Shown here in pieces: positions 43,015 through 52,632 of a stretch of DNA of 64,000 nt. Location: positions 5,232-69,231 of the forward strand of contig ONSH01000007.1 of assembly GCA_900320435.1 (NCBI GenBank). The letters run 5' to 3'. Numbering within the stretch: position 1 is the stretch's first letter; every line of letters starts with the position of its first letter. Origin of the DNA: an uncultured Prevotellaceae bacterium. Its GTDB lineage: Bacteria > Bacteroidota > Bacteroidia > Bacteroidales > Bacteroidaceae. A model generated the notes under the pieces. It made no database searches, had not been told where the DNA came from, and saw only the letters and a program-made list of their open reading frames with translations. The position numbers were made by a program, and so were the translations under genes.

Positions 43015-43767
43015 TTAGATTTCTTCCATCTGACGGCGCTCCATCCAGCCCTTCTTGCCGTCGGCAATCTGCACCTCGACCCACTCCTTCATGGAGTTGT
43101 CGAGAATCTCCACACGCGTCCCCTCATGCAGGATGAAGAGATCCGTGCCGCTCTTGGAGGGCGTACTCTTGACGGTGATGGCAGGATGCATGATGATGGC
43201 ACCCGTGCGGTAGAGCTGCAACTTGCGCTGGCTCGCAGCCAGAGCATTGGTCAACACCACAAAGACGAGACAAACCAAAGCGCCGAAAAAGCCGATCTTA
43301 CGCACGACAACGGCGGAGGAGAAGAAATAGACCAGCAACAAAACGAGCGTCAGGGCGAAAAAGCCTATACCCCAAAAGGCCCACTCGTCGGCACTGAGCC
43401 ATGAGGTCATCGAATGCCAGGCCGCAGTGAAGAACATCTCGTGACGGGGCGTGATGCGGTCGATGGTCTTCGAGCGCGCCATCTCCAGATTGAAGCGGAT
43501 ATCCTCGTCGGAGGGATCGAGCAGCGCGGCACGTTCGAACCACAGCACGCTGCGGGCCATATCGTCCAAACGGTAGTAGCAACAGCCGAGATTGTAGCAA
43601 ATCACAGCACTCTCCCCGCCTTCAAGCGCGTTGCGGTAGAGCTTCACGGCGGCCTTGTAGTCTTCTTTGGCAAAAGCGCTGTCGGCAGCCACCTTGAGGG
43701 AATCGGCATCGAGAGCCGACACCGCAGCTGAGAACATCAGCATCAAAAGTATAGCGAACTTCTTCAT
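43015..43767 (-). CDS. batE: BatE-like TPR/SH3 protein
   Basis: Last gene of the Bat operon: TPR N-terminus, TM segments, and a C-terminal SH3-like region. Confidence 0.65.
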   Translation of the reverse strand: MKKFAILLMLMFSAAVSALDADSLKVAADSAFAKEDYKAAVKLYRNALEGGESAVICYNLGCCYYRLDDMARSVLWFERAALLDPSDEDIRFNLEMARSKTIDRITPRHEMFFTAAWHSMTSWLSADEWAFWGIGFFALTLVLLLVYFFSSAVVVRKIGFFGALVCLVFVVLTNALAASQRKLQLYRTGAIIMHPAITVKSTPSKSGTDLFILHEGTRVEILDNSMKEWVEVQIADGKKGWMERRQMEEI

Positions 43768-43771
43768 CTTG

Positions 43772-45589
43772 CTACTCCATTTCGTTAATCACATCCGTGG
43801 CTTCTGCGAAGAGCTTGTCCATCGTCTCCTCCGGATTGCCGGGAGCGAAACGGGCGAACTCGCAGTCGTCCATCACTCTGATATAGCGCGCCACAAGGGC
43901 CTCATCCACACCTCTTGACAACATCTCTTCGGAAATGCGCTCCTTGGAGAGCTCGGCAGTGGGCAAAGACAACTTGTCGCCGGCATAACCGATAAGGGCA
44001 CGAAGCGTCTCGTCATAGAAAGCGCCGGCGTCGTGAGCCTTAAGCAACTTGGCAGCCACCTTGAGACGCTTGGCGGCAGCTTTTCCGGCGCGCTTGCGAC
44101 GCATGCCGGCAATATTGGCATTCTCTTTGGCCTTGCGGAAGAAGATTGCCAACAACGTGACAAAAGCCAGCAGGCAAGCGGTGTAGGCGCCCCAGAACGT
44201 CTGCGTCATGAAGAAGGTCACAGACTGGCTCTTGAGCTTCGGCCCGCCGCCTTTGATATAGTGAATGTCGCTGGAAAGCACCTTGAGATCTTCCTGGCTG
44301 TGGGTCTGCACGGAATGAGACTCCTTGCCTCTGGCCACAGCGATATGGAAAGAATCCGTGCGAAGGGTCTTATAGCTGGCGTCATCGGGATCGAAATAGA
44401 CAAACTCCACGGGAGGCACACTGTAACGGCCGCCGTGACGGGGCACAACAACATAGTCGAACACCACGTTGCCCTTGGAGCCGGAAGCCGACATCACCGT
44501 CTTGTTGTCCTCCTTGGGATCGTAAATCTCGAAATCCTTGGGGAACGACACCTTGGGCGCCTTCATCAGCTTCATGTTGCCCTGTCCGCTCACCACCAGG
44601 CGCAACGTGGCGGCATCGTTGGCATTCACCTGATCGGGCGACAGAGTGCCCGTCATCGTAAAGTGACCGACGGCGCCGGTGAAGGCTGCCGGACGCGGTG
44701 TCGGCAAAGCGGCCACCTCAATCTCCAGAGCCGGAGCCGCAATGGTCTTCTTCACCATCTGAGTCAGAGCGCCGCCGCCGAAGAAGATGTCAAAGGGATC
44801 GGCCGACGGGTTGGTGAGCTCCACCTCGGCGTCGAAGCTGACAGAGGGGATACTGATCTTGCCCGTCTTCTGAGGGAAAAGAACATATTGGCGCCATACG
44901 GCAGTGCCGTAGTTGCGGCCGTTGTGACGCTCGTATTTCAACGACATCTGAGCCTTGGTGTCCAGCTCCTGCACATGGCAGTCGTCCAACTCGGGCATCT
45001 CGCCCGAAAGCTGGCGGATGTTCACCAAAGTGTAAAGCTTGTAGGTGACGACAACGGCCTCCTGCTCATATACCTTCTTCTTGTTGGCTGTGACGGCGAT
45101 AAAGAGGTCGTCCTTGCCCACACCCTGCTGTCCGCCCTGACGGCGAGGCTCCGACGCACGGGGAGCACCTCCGCTCTGAGCGTGCGCACCACCGCCACCT
45201 CCGGAAGACGGCAAAATCTCTATGGAGGCTCCGGCGCTCTTGTATATCCGGCCGCCGCTCTTGACCGAGGCTGCAGGCACTTTGTAATGACCTTCCTTAG
45301 AGGCCAGGAGCGTGTAGGAGAAAGTCATCGAACTGCTGCTCGTCGACTTGCCGTTGACAATGCTGTAGCTGCTCTGGGTGCTTGTGGACGGGCCGTAAAG
45401 CAAATCGAATCCGGGGAACTCACCCACCTGTATGTCTTCCACATCCTGAGTGTTGACCACATAACTGATGCGAATCCTCTGACCGACCTCACACTGGGCG
45501 GGAGCCTGAAGCTTGACCGTCACCTGTGCATAGCCCGCAAAACACAACATTGCGAGCACAAGTAAAACAATATATTTTTTCATCACCAT
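43772..45589 (-). CDS. batD: BatD-like protein
   Basis: 605 aa with a signal peptide and a C-terminal TM segment. Assignment rests on its position in the Bat operon. Confidence 0.65.
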   Translation of the reverse strand: MVMKKYIVLLVLAMLCFAGYAQVTVKLQAPAQCEVGQRIRISYVVNTQDVEDIQVGEFPGFDLLYGPSTSTQSSYSIVNGKSTSSSSMTFSYTLLASKEGHYKVPAASVKSGGRIYKSAGASIEILPSSGGGGGAHAQSGGAPRASEPRRQGGQQGVGKDDLFIAVTANKKKVYEQEAVVVTYKLYTLVNIRQLSGEMPELDDCHVQELDTKAQMSLKYERHNGRNYGTAVWRQYVLFPQKTGKISIPSVSFDAEVELTNPSADPFDIFFGGGALTQMVKKTIAAPALEIEVAALPTPRPAAFTGAVGHFTMTGTLSPDQVNANDAATLRLVVSGQGNMKLMKAPKVSFPKDFEIYDPKEDNKTVMSASGSKGNVVFDYVVVPRHGGRYSVPPVEFVYFDPDDASYKTLRTDSFHIAVARGKESHSVQTHSQEDLKVLSSDIHYIKGGGPKLKSQSVTFFMTQTFWGAYTACLLAFVTLLAIFFRKAKENANIAGMRRKRAGKAAAKRLKVAAKLLKAHDAGAFYDETLRALIGYAGDKLSLPTAELSKERISEEMLSRGVDEALVARYIRVMDDCEFARFAPGNPEETMDKLFAEATDVINEME

Positions 45590-47295
45590 TGCTTCTCCAA
45601 TCTGCGACGTTCGCCCTGCTGTTGCTGACGTTGCACCTTTTCCTGGGTGTTTCTCTCATCTTGCATGGCTGCCTTGAGCATCTGTTCGGCATTCTCCTTG
45701 GACATCTCATTGGGCTTGGGCTTTTCCTGCTCCTGCTCTCCGTCGTCTTTTTGCTTTTGCTGCTGTTGCTGCTGTTGTTGTTGCTGTTGTTGATCCTGAT
45801 TCTGTTGTTGTTGCTGATTCTGCTGGTTCTGGTCTTGCGGCTGATTCTTCAGCAGACGCTGACAAAGAACGTAGTTGTAGCGGGTCTCGTTGTTGGTCGG
45901 ATCATTGCGCAAAGACTGCTTGTAGCAGGCAATGGCCTTATCGTACTGCTTGGCTGCCTGCAACACAACACCCATATTGTGCCAGACGGAAGAGAGACGC
46001 TGCTTGTCCTTCTCCACCTTGGAAGCCATCTCGTATTCCTTCATCGCATCCTCGGCCTTGGACTGCATAATCAGCGAATTGCCCAAATTGAAACGGGCGA
46101 TGCCGTTGTTGGGATTCTGCTCGATGGCCTTCTGGTATTGGATCTGAGCCTTCTCGGCCTGCACCTTACCTTCCACCGTATCACGCATCAGCCGGTTGCC
46201 CCGACGAATGAACGTGCGGTCGTTTTGGGCCGAGAGACCTGTTACAACGAAGAGAAGCGCCATTACGGCAGCACTCTTCTTGAAGAAATTCCAACGCTGA
46301 ATCACATGATTCTCACGCTCCAGCACCACAACATCCAAAAGAAGCAGGAGCAACGCTACTAGCAGGAAGCCCTGAAACTGCTCGTCAAACTCGCTGAACA
46401 TCTGGCTCTCCATCTTGGATTTGGCCAAACGGTCCACATACTTGAAGAGCTGACTCTGAGCCGAGCTGCTGTTGTCCACATATATGTAAGCGCCGTTGCC
46501 GGCCTGAGCAATTTCCTGACACATCTGTTCGTTGAGACGGGAAACAACGGTGTTACCCTCGTTGTCGATGATATACTGATTGCTGCCGGGGATGGGAATC
46601 GGCGCGCCGTCGGCACTGCCCACGCCCAATACATAGACGTGAATGCCACGCTTGGCAGCCTCTTTGGCAGCAGCCACCGCCCCACCCTCATTGTCCTCAC
46701 CGTCGGTGATGATGAAGATGGCGCGCGAAACATCTTCCTGCTGTGTGAAACTGCGCATGGCCATGTTGATGGCGGCAGCGATATCCGTGCCCTGCATCTC
46801 TATCATGCTCGGAGAGATGGTGCCCAAAAACATCTTGGCACTGACGTAATCACTGGTGATGGGCAATTGGGTGAACGCTTGTCCGGCATACACAATCAGT
46901 CCGATCTTGTCGTCGTTCATTTCGTCCACCAAATTGGAAATCAACATCTTTGATTTCTCCAAACGGTTGGGACGCACATCCTCCGCCAGCATCGAATTGG
47001 AAACGTCCATAGCGATAATGGCTTCGATGCCGCTGCGCTCACGCGTCTCAATCTTCGTACCAAACTGCGGACGGGCCAAAGCCAGGACAAAGAAGAAATA
47101 ACTCAACTGAATGAGGATGATTTTCAACTGTGGACGCAAGCGGGAATAGTCTATCATGAGGTTCTTCACCAGCACCGGATCGCCGAATTCTTTCAGGCGT
47201 CTTTTCTGGCGCATCCAAAAGAGGATGTGCAATGCCTCAAAGACTACGATGAGAAGAAGCAGGTAAAGATATTGAGGATTTCCGAATCTGAACAT
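45583..47295 (-). CDS. batB: Single ORF combining a BatB-like VWA domain and a BatC-like TPR domain, with a Gln-rich tract
   Basis: MIDAS DVSNSMLAED, a mid-protein hydrophobic segment (AVMALLFVVTGLSAQ), TPR repeats, and a poly-Q stretch. Confidence 0.7.
   Translation of the reverse strand: MFRFGNPQYLYLLLLIVVFEALHILFWMRQKRRLKEFGDPVLVKNLMIDYSRLRPQLKIILIQLSYFFFVLALARPQFGTKIETRERSGIEAIIAMDVSNSMLAEDVRPNRLEKSKMLISNLVDEMNDDKIGLIVYAGQAFTQLPITSDYVSAKMFLGTISPSMIEMQGTDIAAAINMAMRSFTQQEDVSRAIFIITDGEDNEGGAVAAAKEAAKRGIHVYVLGVGSADGAPIPIPGSNQYIIDNEGNTVVSRLNEQMCQEIAQAGNGAYIYVDNSSSAQSQLFKYVDRLAKSKMESQMFSEFDEQFQGFLLVALLLLLLDVVVLERENHVIQRWNFFKKSAAVMALLFVVTGLSAQNDRTFIRRGNRLMRDTVEGKVQAEKAQIQYQKAIEQNPNNGIARFNLGNSLIMQSKAEDAMKEYEMASKVEKDKQRLSSVWHNMGVVLQAAKQYDKAIACYKQSLRNDPTNNETRYNYVLCQRLLKNQPQDQNQQNQQQQQNQDQQQQQQQQQQQQKQKDDGEQEQEKPKPNEMSKENAEQMLKAAMQDERNTQEKVQRQQQQGERRRLEKQW
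45751..45838 (-). repeat. CAG/CAA-rich trinucleotide tract encoding poly-Gln
   Basis: (ttg/ctg)n on the plus strand. Translation is QNQQNQQQQQNQDQQQQQQQQQQQQKQ. Confidence 0.9.
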
Positions 47296-47313
47296 GACAG
47301 GATAAATAAATCT

Positions 47314-48312
47314 TTAAGGAATACGTTTCAAAACGGTGGCACGCAGAAGTATTTCAACAATAAGTGCCAGGACGGCAATCCAAAGGAACATGCCAAAAGC
47401 CTCATAACGCTTGGAATAACTGCTGACCTTCATCTTGGTCTTCTCCAACTTGTCGATTTCGCGATACACCTCGCGAAGCTTCTCCGTGTTTGTGGCACGA
47501 TAGAACTCACCGTCCGTCTTACCGGCAATCGAAGCAAGCGTCTTGGTGTCAATCTCCACGGGGACATTGATGTACTCCGTGCGACCGCCCACCCTCATGG
47601 GATAAGGCGCCGTACCGTTGGTGCCCACGCCGATGGTGTAGACGCGAATGCCGAAACTGTGCGCTATGTCGGCCGCCGTATTGGGAGATATGTCGCCACG
47701 ATTGTTCGAACCGTCGGTAAGCAGGATTATCACCTTGGACTTCGCCTTGGAATCCTTCAGGCGTGTCACGGCGTTGGCAATACCCATACCGATAGCGGTG
47801 CCGTCTTCCAAAAGGCCGCGCTCCACCATATCGCAACTCATACCGTTGAGCATGTTCAGCAGGACGGCATGGTCCACCGTCATCGGGCACTGTGTGTAAG
47901 CCTCACCGGCAAACACCGTAAGACCGATGTTGTCACTCGGACGACCGCTGATAAACTCCACGGCGACATTGCGGGCAGCCTGCACACGGTTCGGCTTCAA
48001 GTCCTCGGCCAGCATCGACGTAGAGACATCCATACAAAGCATAATATCAATACCTTCCACACTCTTGCTCGACCACGAGTTGGACGTCTGAGGACGGGCC
48101 AGAGCCAGACAAGACGCAGCCCATATGATGCAATTCAAAAGAAAAGGAAGATGAATGAGATACGACTTCCAACTCGGCCTCATGCCCCGGAAAGCGGACA
48201 TACTGCTGACCTTGAGCGCAGGAGTCGCCGTCTTATACTTCAACACATACCATACAACGTATGGAATCAGCAGAAGAAGCAAGAACAAATATCCAAAATC
48301 GTGAAACTCCAT
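47314..48312 (-). CDS. batA: BatA-like VWA-domain membrane protein
   Basis: N-terminal TM helices and MIDAS motif DVSTSMLAED; 332 aa. Confidence 0.75.
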   Translation of the reverse strand: MEFHDFGYLFLLLLLIPYVVWYVLKYKTATPALKVSSMSAFRGMRPSWKSYLIHLPFLLNCIIWAASCLALARPQTSNSWSSKSVEGIDIMLCMDVSTSMLAEDLKPNRVQAARNVAVEFISGRPSDNIGLTVFAGEAYTQCPMTVDHAVLLNMLNGMSCDMVERGLLEDGTAIGMGIANAVTRLKDSKAKSKVIILLTDGSNNRGDISPNTAADIAHSFGIRVYTIGVGTNGTAPYPMRVGGRTEYINVPVEIDTKTLASIAGKTDGEFYRATNTEKLREVYREIDKLEKTKMKVSSYSKRYEAFGMFLWIAVLALIVEILLRATVLKRIP

Positions 48313-48316
48313 AACA

Positions 48317-49405
48317 CTAACTCAACAAATCCCACAATCTGTAAACAATGAACGCCAGGAGAGCGACGCTCGAAATCGCAGCAAGAATAATGACAACACG
48401 GTAAGCTATCACCTGATTAAGGCGCTCCTTGTCCGTTTCTTTAATGACCTCCGGCTCCGGTTTGGCATTTTCATCCGGTTCCTGCTTGGTTTCCTCAACA
48501 TAAGCAATGGCTGCAACAAGGTTGGCATCATTCTCACCTAAGAGCGTGGTCCATTTGGCAAACTTGACGAGGTCTGCCGTACGGAATATCTCACGCAACT
48601 CATCCAGTTTCTTCTGATCGCCTTCCTCGGTAAGACGCTCAATAATCTCTGCCGAGGTCATTTCCAAAGCGGAAAAGCCATAACGGTCTTGTATGTAAGT
48701 GCGCAGAGTATCCGTCAACTGCGTATAATACTCCTTACTGTCCTCCTCTGCCCATTTGCGCTCTTCTTTAATTTTCAGAATGCTCGTCATGGCGACCTGA
48801 TGAGGCGGCAGCTTCACCTTGCGGCGTATCAAACGGAAAATCGGACGTCCGGTCTTTATGTGCCACCACAGCCAGGCAATCAGTGCCGAAAGCAGGATAA
48901 AGCCCAAAAGGCTCCAAAGCACCCCCGTCCAATCGTCCCACGAAAAGGGGTTGTCCATGATTTCACGCGGAGGATAGAACTGGTCGGCGTGCAACGTGTC
49001 CACATCGAGTGTGTACACCTTCACGGCCAACTGCTTGGACAAATGCTCTTTGCCGTTGACCTTAACCGGCAATGGGGGCAAATAATAAAAACTGCTGTCC
49101 CAAGCCGTCACAATATAGCGCTGGTGGATCTGCATGCGTTTGCCGTCATCCAACATGGACGTATCCGGACGCAGCACCTCCACCACCTCAAAGTTGGGCA
49201 ACAATTCGTCACCGGCTTTGATCGAAGGCAGTTCCAACTTGTCATTTGCCGACAGAGAAACAGTCAGATCGAGTCCGTCCTGCTGCCCTACCCAAAACTG
49301 CACACTGTCCAAACGCACCTCCACAACGACCTGCGACGTTGCGGCAAAGCACGAGACGAACAGAGCTATAAACAACAACACTGTTTTCTTCATACTTCTA
49401 CTCAT
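48317..49405 (-). CDS. Bat-operon-associated membrane protein (hypothetical)
   Basis: Signal peptide, a central TM segment and a C-terminal TM segment. It lies between the DUF58 gene and batA. Confidence 0.55.
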   Translation of the reverse strand: MSRSMKKTVLLFIALFVSCFAATSQVVVEVRLDSVQFWVGQQDGLDLTVSLSANDKLELPSIKAGDELLPNFEVVEVLRPDTSMLDDGKRMQIHQRYIVTAWDSSFYYLPPLPVKVNGKEHLSKQLAVKVYTLDVDTLHADQFYPPREIMDNPFSWDDWTGVLWSLLGFILLSALIAWLWWHIKTGRPIFRLIRRKVKLPPHQVAMTSILKIKEERKWAEEDSKEYYTQLTDTLRTYIQDRYGFSALEMTSAEIIERLTEEGDQKKLDELREIFRTADLVKFAKWTTLLGENDANLVAAIAYVEETKQEPDENAKPEPEVIKETDKERLNQVIAYRVVIILAAISSVALLAFIVYRLWDLLS

Positions 49406-50274
49406 GTACGTTTCGCAAACAAAGCCATCAAAGCGGACACATAATCCTGATCCGTGCGGACACTCACATTGTCTACCTTGCTGTGTGCGAAAGTTTCATA
49501 AAGACGTCCGCACTGCTGTTTCCACCATTTGGCCTGAGTGGCACGTACTTTTGCACTGGATGTATCGATCACGGCCTCATGTCCGGACTCCAAATCGTGC
49601 ATTTTAATTAGGCCTACATTCGGAAGTTCGGCAATACGGCGGTCGTACACCTGAACGGCAACGACATCGTGCTTACGGTTGGCAATAGTCAGAGGTTGGC
49701 GGAAATCCTTGTCATCAATAAAGTCGCTGATCATAAAACAGGTGCAACGACGTTTGATTGCCTCTGTAAAATACTCCAGTGCCGCAGAGATATCCGTCTT
49801 ACGGCTGACAGGCTGAAATTCCAACAACTCTCTGATGATATACAAGATGTGCTTACGTCCCTTCTTCGGGGGAATGAATTTCTCCACATGATCAGAAAAG
49901 AATATCACACCAATTTTATCATTATTCTGAATCGCAGAAAATGCCAAGGTAGCAGCTATCTCGGTCTGCATTTCACGCTTCGTCTGACAAAGAGTGCCAA
50001 ACTCCAGGGATCCGCTGACGTCCACCAGGAGCATCACCGTAAGTTCGCGCTCTTCCTCAAACACCTTGATAAACGGGCGGCCGAAACGTGCGGTCACATT
50101 CCACTCGATGTCGCGAATATCGTCTCCGTACTGATACTCACGCACCTCGGCAAAAGCCATTCCCCTACCCTTAAAAGCAGAATGGTATTCACCGGCAAAG
50201 ATGTTGGCAGAGAGACCTCGGGTCTTAATCTCTATCTTGCGTACCTTCTTTAAGATATCGTTCGTTTCCATCAA
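49402..50274 (-). CDS. DUF58-family protein (MoxR partner)
   Basis: DDIRDIEWN motif typical of DUF58. 4-nt overlaps with both neighbours. Confidence 0.8.
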   Translation of the reverse strand: MMETNDILKKVRKIEIKTRGLSANIFAGEYHSAFKGRGMAFAEVREYQYGDDIRDIEWNVTARFGRPFIKVFEEERELTVMLLVDVSGSLEFGTLCQTKREMQTEIAATLAFSAIQNNDKIGVIFFSDHVEKFIPPKKGRKHILYIIRELLEFQPVSRKTDISAALEYFTEAIKRRCTCFMISDFIDDKDFRQPLTIANRKHDVVAVQVYDRRIAELPNVGLIKMHDLESGHEAVIDTSSAKVRATQAKWWKQQCGRLYETFAHSKVDNVSVRTDQDYVSALMALFAKRT

Positions 50275-51266
50275 GGAACTTCAACCTTGTTGATAATCTT
50301 GGAAATAATTTCCTCTGCAGTCATATTGTTGGCCTCGGCCTCGTAAGTCAAACCGATACGATGACGCATCACATCATGAGCCACGGCACGAACATCCTCG
50401 GGAATCACATACCCACGATGCTTGATGAAAGCATACGCACGTGAAGCCACAGCCAAATTGATGGAGGCACGAGGGCTGCCGCCAAACTCTATGTAGTCCT
50501 TCAATTCCGGAAGATTATATTTCTCAGGGAAACGGGTAGCAAACACGATATCCGTGATATACTGCTCAATCTTTTCATCCAGATAAACCTGACGCACGAC
50601 ATCGCGAGCCTCAAAGATTTCCTTGGTGGAAATAACCGGCTTGATTTCCTGCTTTTGGCCGTTGATATTCATTCTGATAATATTCTTCTCCTCATCCTGC
50701 TTGGGATAATCAATGATGACCTTGAGCATGAAACGATCCACCTGGGCTTCGGGCAAAGGATATGTGCCCTCCTGCTCAATGGGGTTCTGGGTGGCCAGCA
50801 CCAAAAACGGAGAAGGCAATTTGAAAGTCTGCTTGCCGATGGTCACCTGACGCTCCTGCATAGCTTCCAGCAACGCAGACTGGACCTTTGCCGGAGCACG
50901 GTTGATCTCATCAGCCAAAACGAAATTGGCAAACACGGGGCCCTGTTCTACATGGAACTGCTCATCCTTCTGAGAATAAATCATGGTGCCGATAACATCG
51001 GCGGGCAACAAGTCCGGGGTAAACTGAATTCTGGAGAACTTGGAGTCTACCAACTGAGAAAGCGTCTTTATGGCCTGCGTCTTAGCCAAACCGGGCACAC
51101 CTTCAAGGAGCACGTGACCGTCAGAAAGCAGTCCGATTAACAAAGACTCCACCAAATGTTTTTGACCAACAATAACCTGCGACATACCGGTCTGCAAGTT
51201 TGTAACAAATGAACTCTGACGTTCTATGAGTTCATTAAGCGCGCGAATATCAACTGATTCTGCCAT
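50271..51266 (-). CDS. moxR: MoxR-family AAA+ ATPase
   Basis: Walker A LLEGVPGLAKT and Walker B VLADEINRA; 331 aa. Confidence 0.92.
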   Translation of the reverse strand: MAESVDIRALNELIERQSSFVTNLQTGMSQVIVGQKHLVESLLIGLLSDGHVLLEGVPGLAKTQAIKTLSQLVDSKFSRIQFTPDLLPADVIGTMIYSQKDEQFHVEQGPVFANFVLADEINRAPAKVQSALLEAMQERQVTIGKQTFKLPSPFLVLATQNPIEQEGTYPLPEAQVDRFMLKVIIDYPKQDEEKNIIRMNINGQKQEIKPVISTKEIFEARDVVRQVYLDEKIEQYITDIVFATRFPEKYNLPELKDYIEFGGSPRASINLAVASRAYAFIKHRGYVIPEDVRAVAHDVMRHRIGLTYEAEANNMTAEEIISKIINKVEVP

Positions 51267-51296
51267 GTTTTTTTCTTTGTTTCATTATTTTGGGTG

Positions 51297-51304
51297 CAAA
51301 ATTA
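51297..51304 (-). promoter_or_regulatory. -7 box TAATTTTG for the moxR-bat operon
   Basis: Reverse complement of caaaatta, 31 nt upstream of ATG 51266. Confidence 0.45.
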
Positions 51305-51371
51305 CGAAAAAAGAGAGAATTCACGCCTTGATATATTCTTAAAAAAGAATATCCCTCCATTAAAGTTAGTT

Positions 51372-51410
51372 AAAAAAGAAGGCCCTCAAACCAACGGTTT
51401 CAGGACCTTC
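51372..51410 (-). terminator. Intrinsic terminator after the HU-like/LysM-like gene
   Basis: 13 of 15 bp hairpin gaaggccctcaaacc / ggtttcaggaccttc, followed by a T-run on the minus strand. Confidence 0.55.
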
Positions 51411-51432
51411 GTGACAATGACTATATCTCACA

Positions 51433-52344
51433 CTATTTCTTGCGCACCAACCTCGGTATGCGCAACTTGGCACCGGGAGGTATGACATCCGGATTCTCAA
51501 TGCCGTTAAATACGACAATATACGGCATCAAATCCGAATTGCCCAACCACTTGCGGGAAATCCTCAAGAGTCCGTCTCCGACCTGCATCTCGTGCACGCC
51601 GATTTCGCCAACGATCCAATAGTCGCCGCCTTCAACCTGAGGATAATTCTTAGCCAAATCTTCCGGTGTCGGCTCCTTAACGACTGTCTGTTCTACACTG
51701 TCTGCGGGAGCAGGCTGAGGTTCTTCCGCGGCACCCCCTTGACGTGTGCCGAGATAATAGCCCAAACCCAAGACAATAAGCAGAAATATCAAAATCAAAA
51801 TTCGTTTAGTCCACGAACTGTCCTTAGTGTCATTAGAGGGCTCCGGCTGTTTTACGTCTTGGGCGACAGGCTTTTCCTGCTGAACAGCAACCGGCTTTTC
51901 GACAGAAGGCTTTACCTCCTTCTTGACTTCCTTCTTTGCCACCGGCTTCTTCTCCTCAACTGTCTCTTTAACCGGCTCGACTGACGGCTTGTCTATTCTC
52001 TCCATCTCCTGCTGGGATGTAGACTCATTCAGCACAACAGTCTCAAATTCCGCAAACGGACGGTTCACCTGATCGCGAAGAGCGTTGTCCGGCGTAAAGG
52101 TAACCTTTGTATGCCCCACAATACGAATACGTTCGCCCGTATTGACATTGACACTCTCACGATCACTCACTTCAATGAGTTTAAACGTGCCGAGTCCCTT
52201 AATTTTTACCAACTTATCCTGAAGCAGGCCCTCACGGACAGTTTCAAAAAACAAACGGACAAAATTCTCGGAATCCTGTTTGGTGAACCCGGTCCGCTTC
52301 GCCATGCGTGCAGCTAACTCAATCTGCGTTATTTTTTGTTCCAT
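51433..52344 (-). CDS. HU-fold DNA-binding domain protein with charged linker, TM segment and C-terminal LysM-like domain
   Basis: N-terminal HU/IHF-like region (GLGTFKLIEVSDRESVNVNTGERIRIVGHTKVTF), a PEK-rich linker, the TM segment ILILIFLLIVLGLGYYLG, and a LysM-like C-terminus. Confidence 0.65.
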   Translation of the reverse strand: MEQKITQIELAARMAKRTGFTKQDSENFVRLFFETVREGLLQDKLVKIKGLGTFKLIEVSDRESVNVNTGERIRIVGHTKVTFTPDNALRDQVNRPFAEFETVVLNESTSQQEMERIDKPSVEPVKETVEEKKPVAKKEVKKEVKPSVEKPVAVQQEKPVAQDVKQPEPSNDTKDSSWTKRILILIFLLIVLGLGYYLGTRQGGAAEEPQPAPADSVEQTVVKEPTPEDLAKNYPQVEGGDYWIVGEIGVHEMQVGDGLLRISRKWLGNSDLMPYIVVFNGIENPDVIPPGAKLRIPRLVRKK

Positions 52345-52362
52345 GTGTGTTGGATCTTAAAG

Positions 52363-52632
52363 TCATATCTTTGATTTCAATCCCTGGCTGGGTTTAAACC
52401 CAACAACCAACTTGGGGGGCACCAGCATACGCTGACCGGTGGTGGGGTTCACGATAACCCTTTCCAAACGTTTTTTCACCTCAAAACTCCCGAAAGAAGA
52501 AATGCTTACAGCCATCTCCTCTTCCAATACGGAAGTAATTTCGCCAACAAGCGCTGCCGTTTGCTGGTTAACAACTCGGGAAGGAAGCTCACCTTTGCGC
52601 GCAAGCGCAGATAAAAATTCTTTGTTGTTCAT
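52363..52632 (-). CDS. HU/IHF-family DNA-binding protein
   Basis: 89 aa with the GSFEVKKRLERVIVNPTTGQRMLVPPK arm motif. Confidence 0.85.
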   Translation of the reverse strand: MNNKEFLSALARKGELPSRVVNQQTAALVGEITSVLEEEMAVSISSFGSFEVKKRLERVIVNPTTGQRMLVPPKLVVGFKPSQGLKSKI

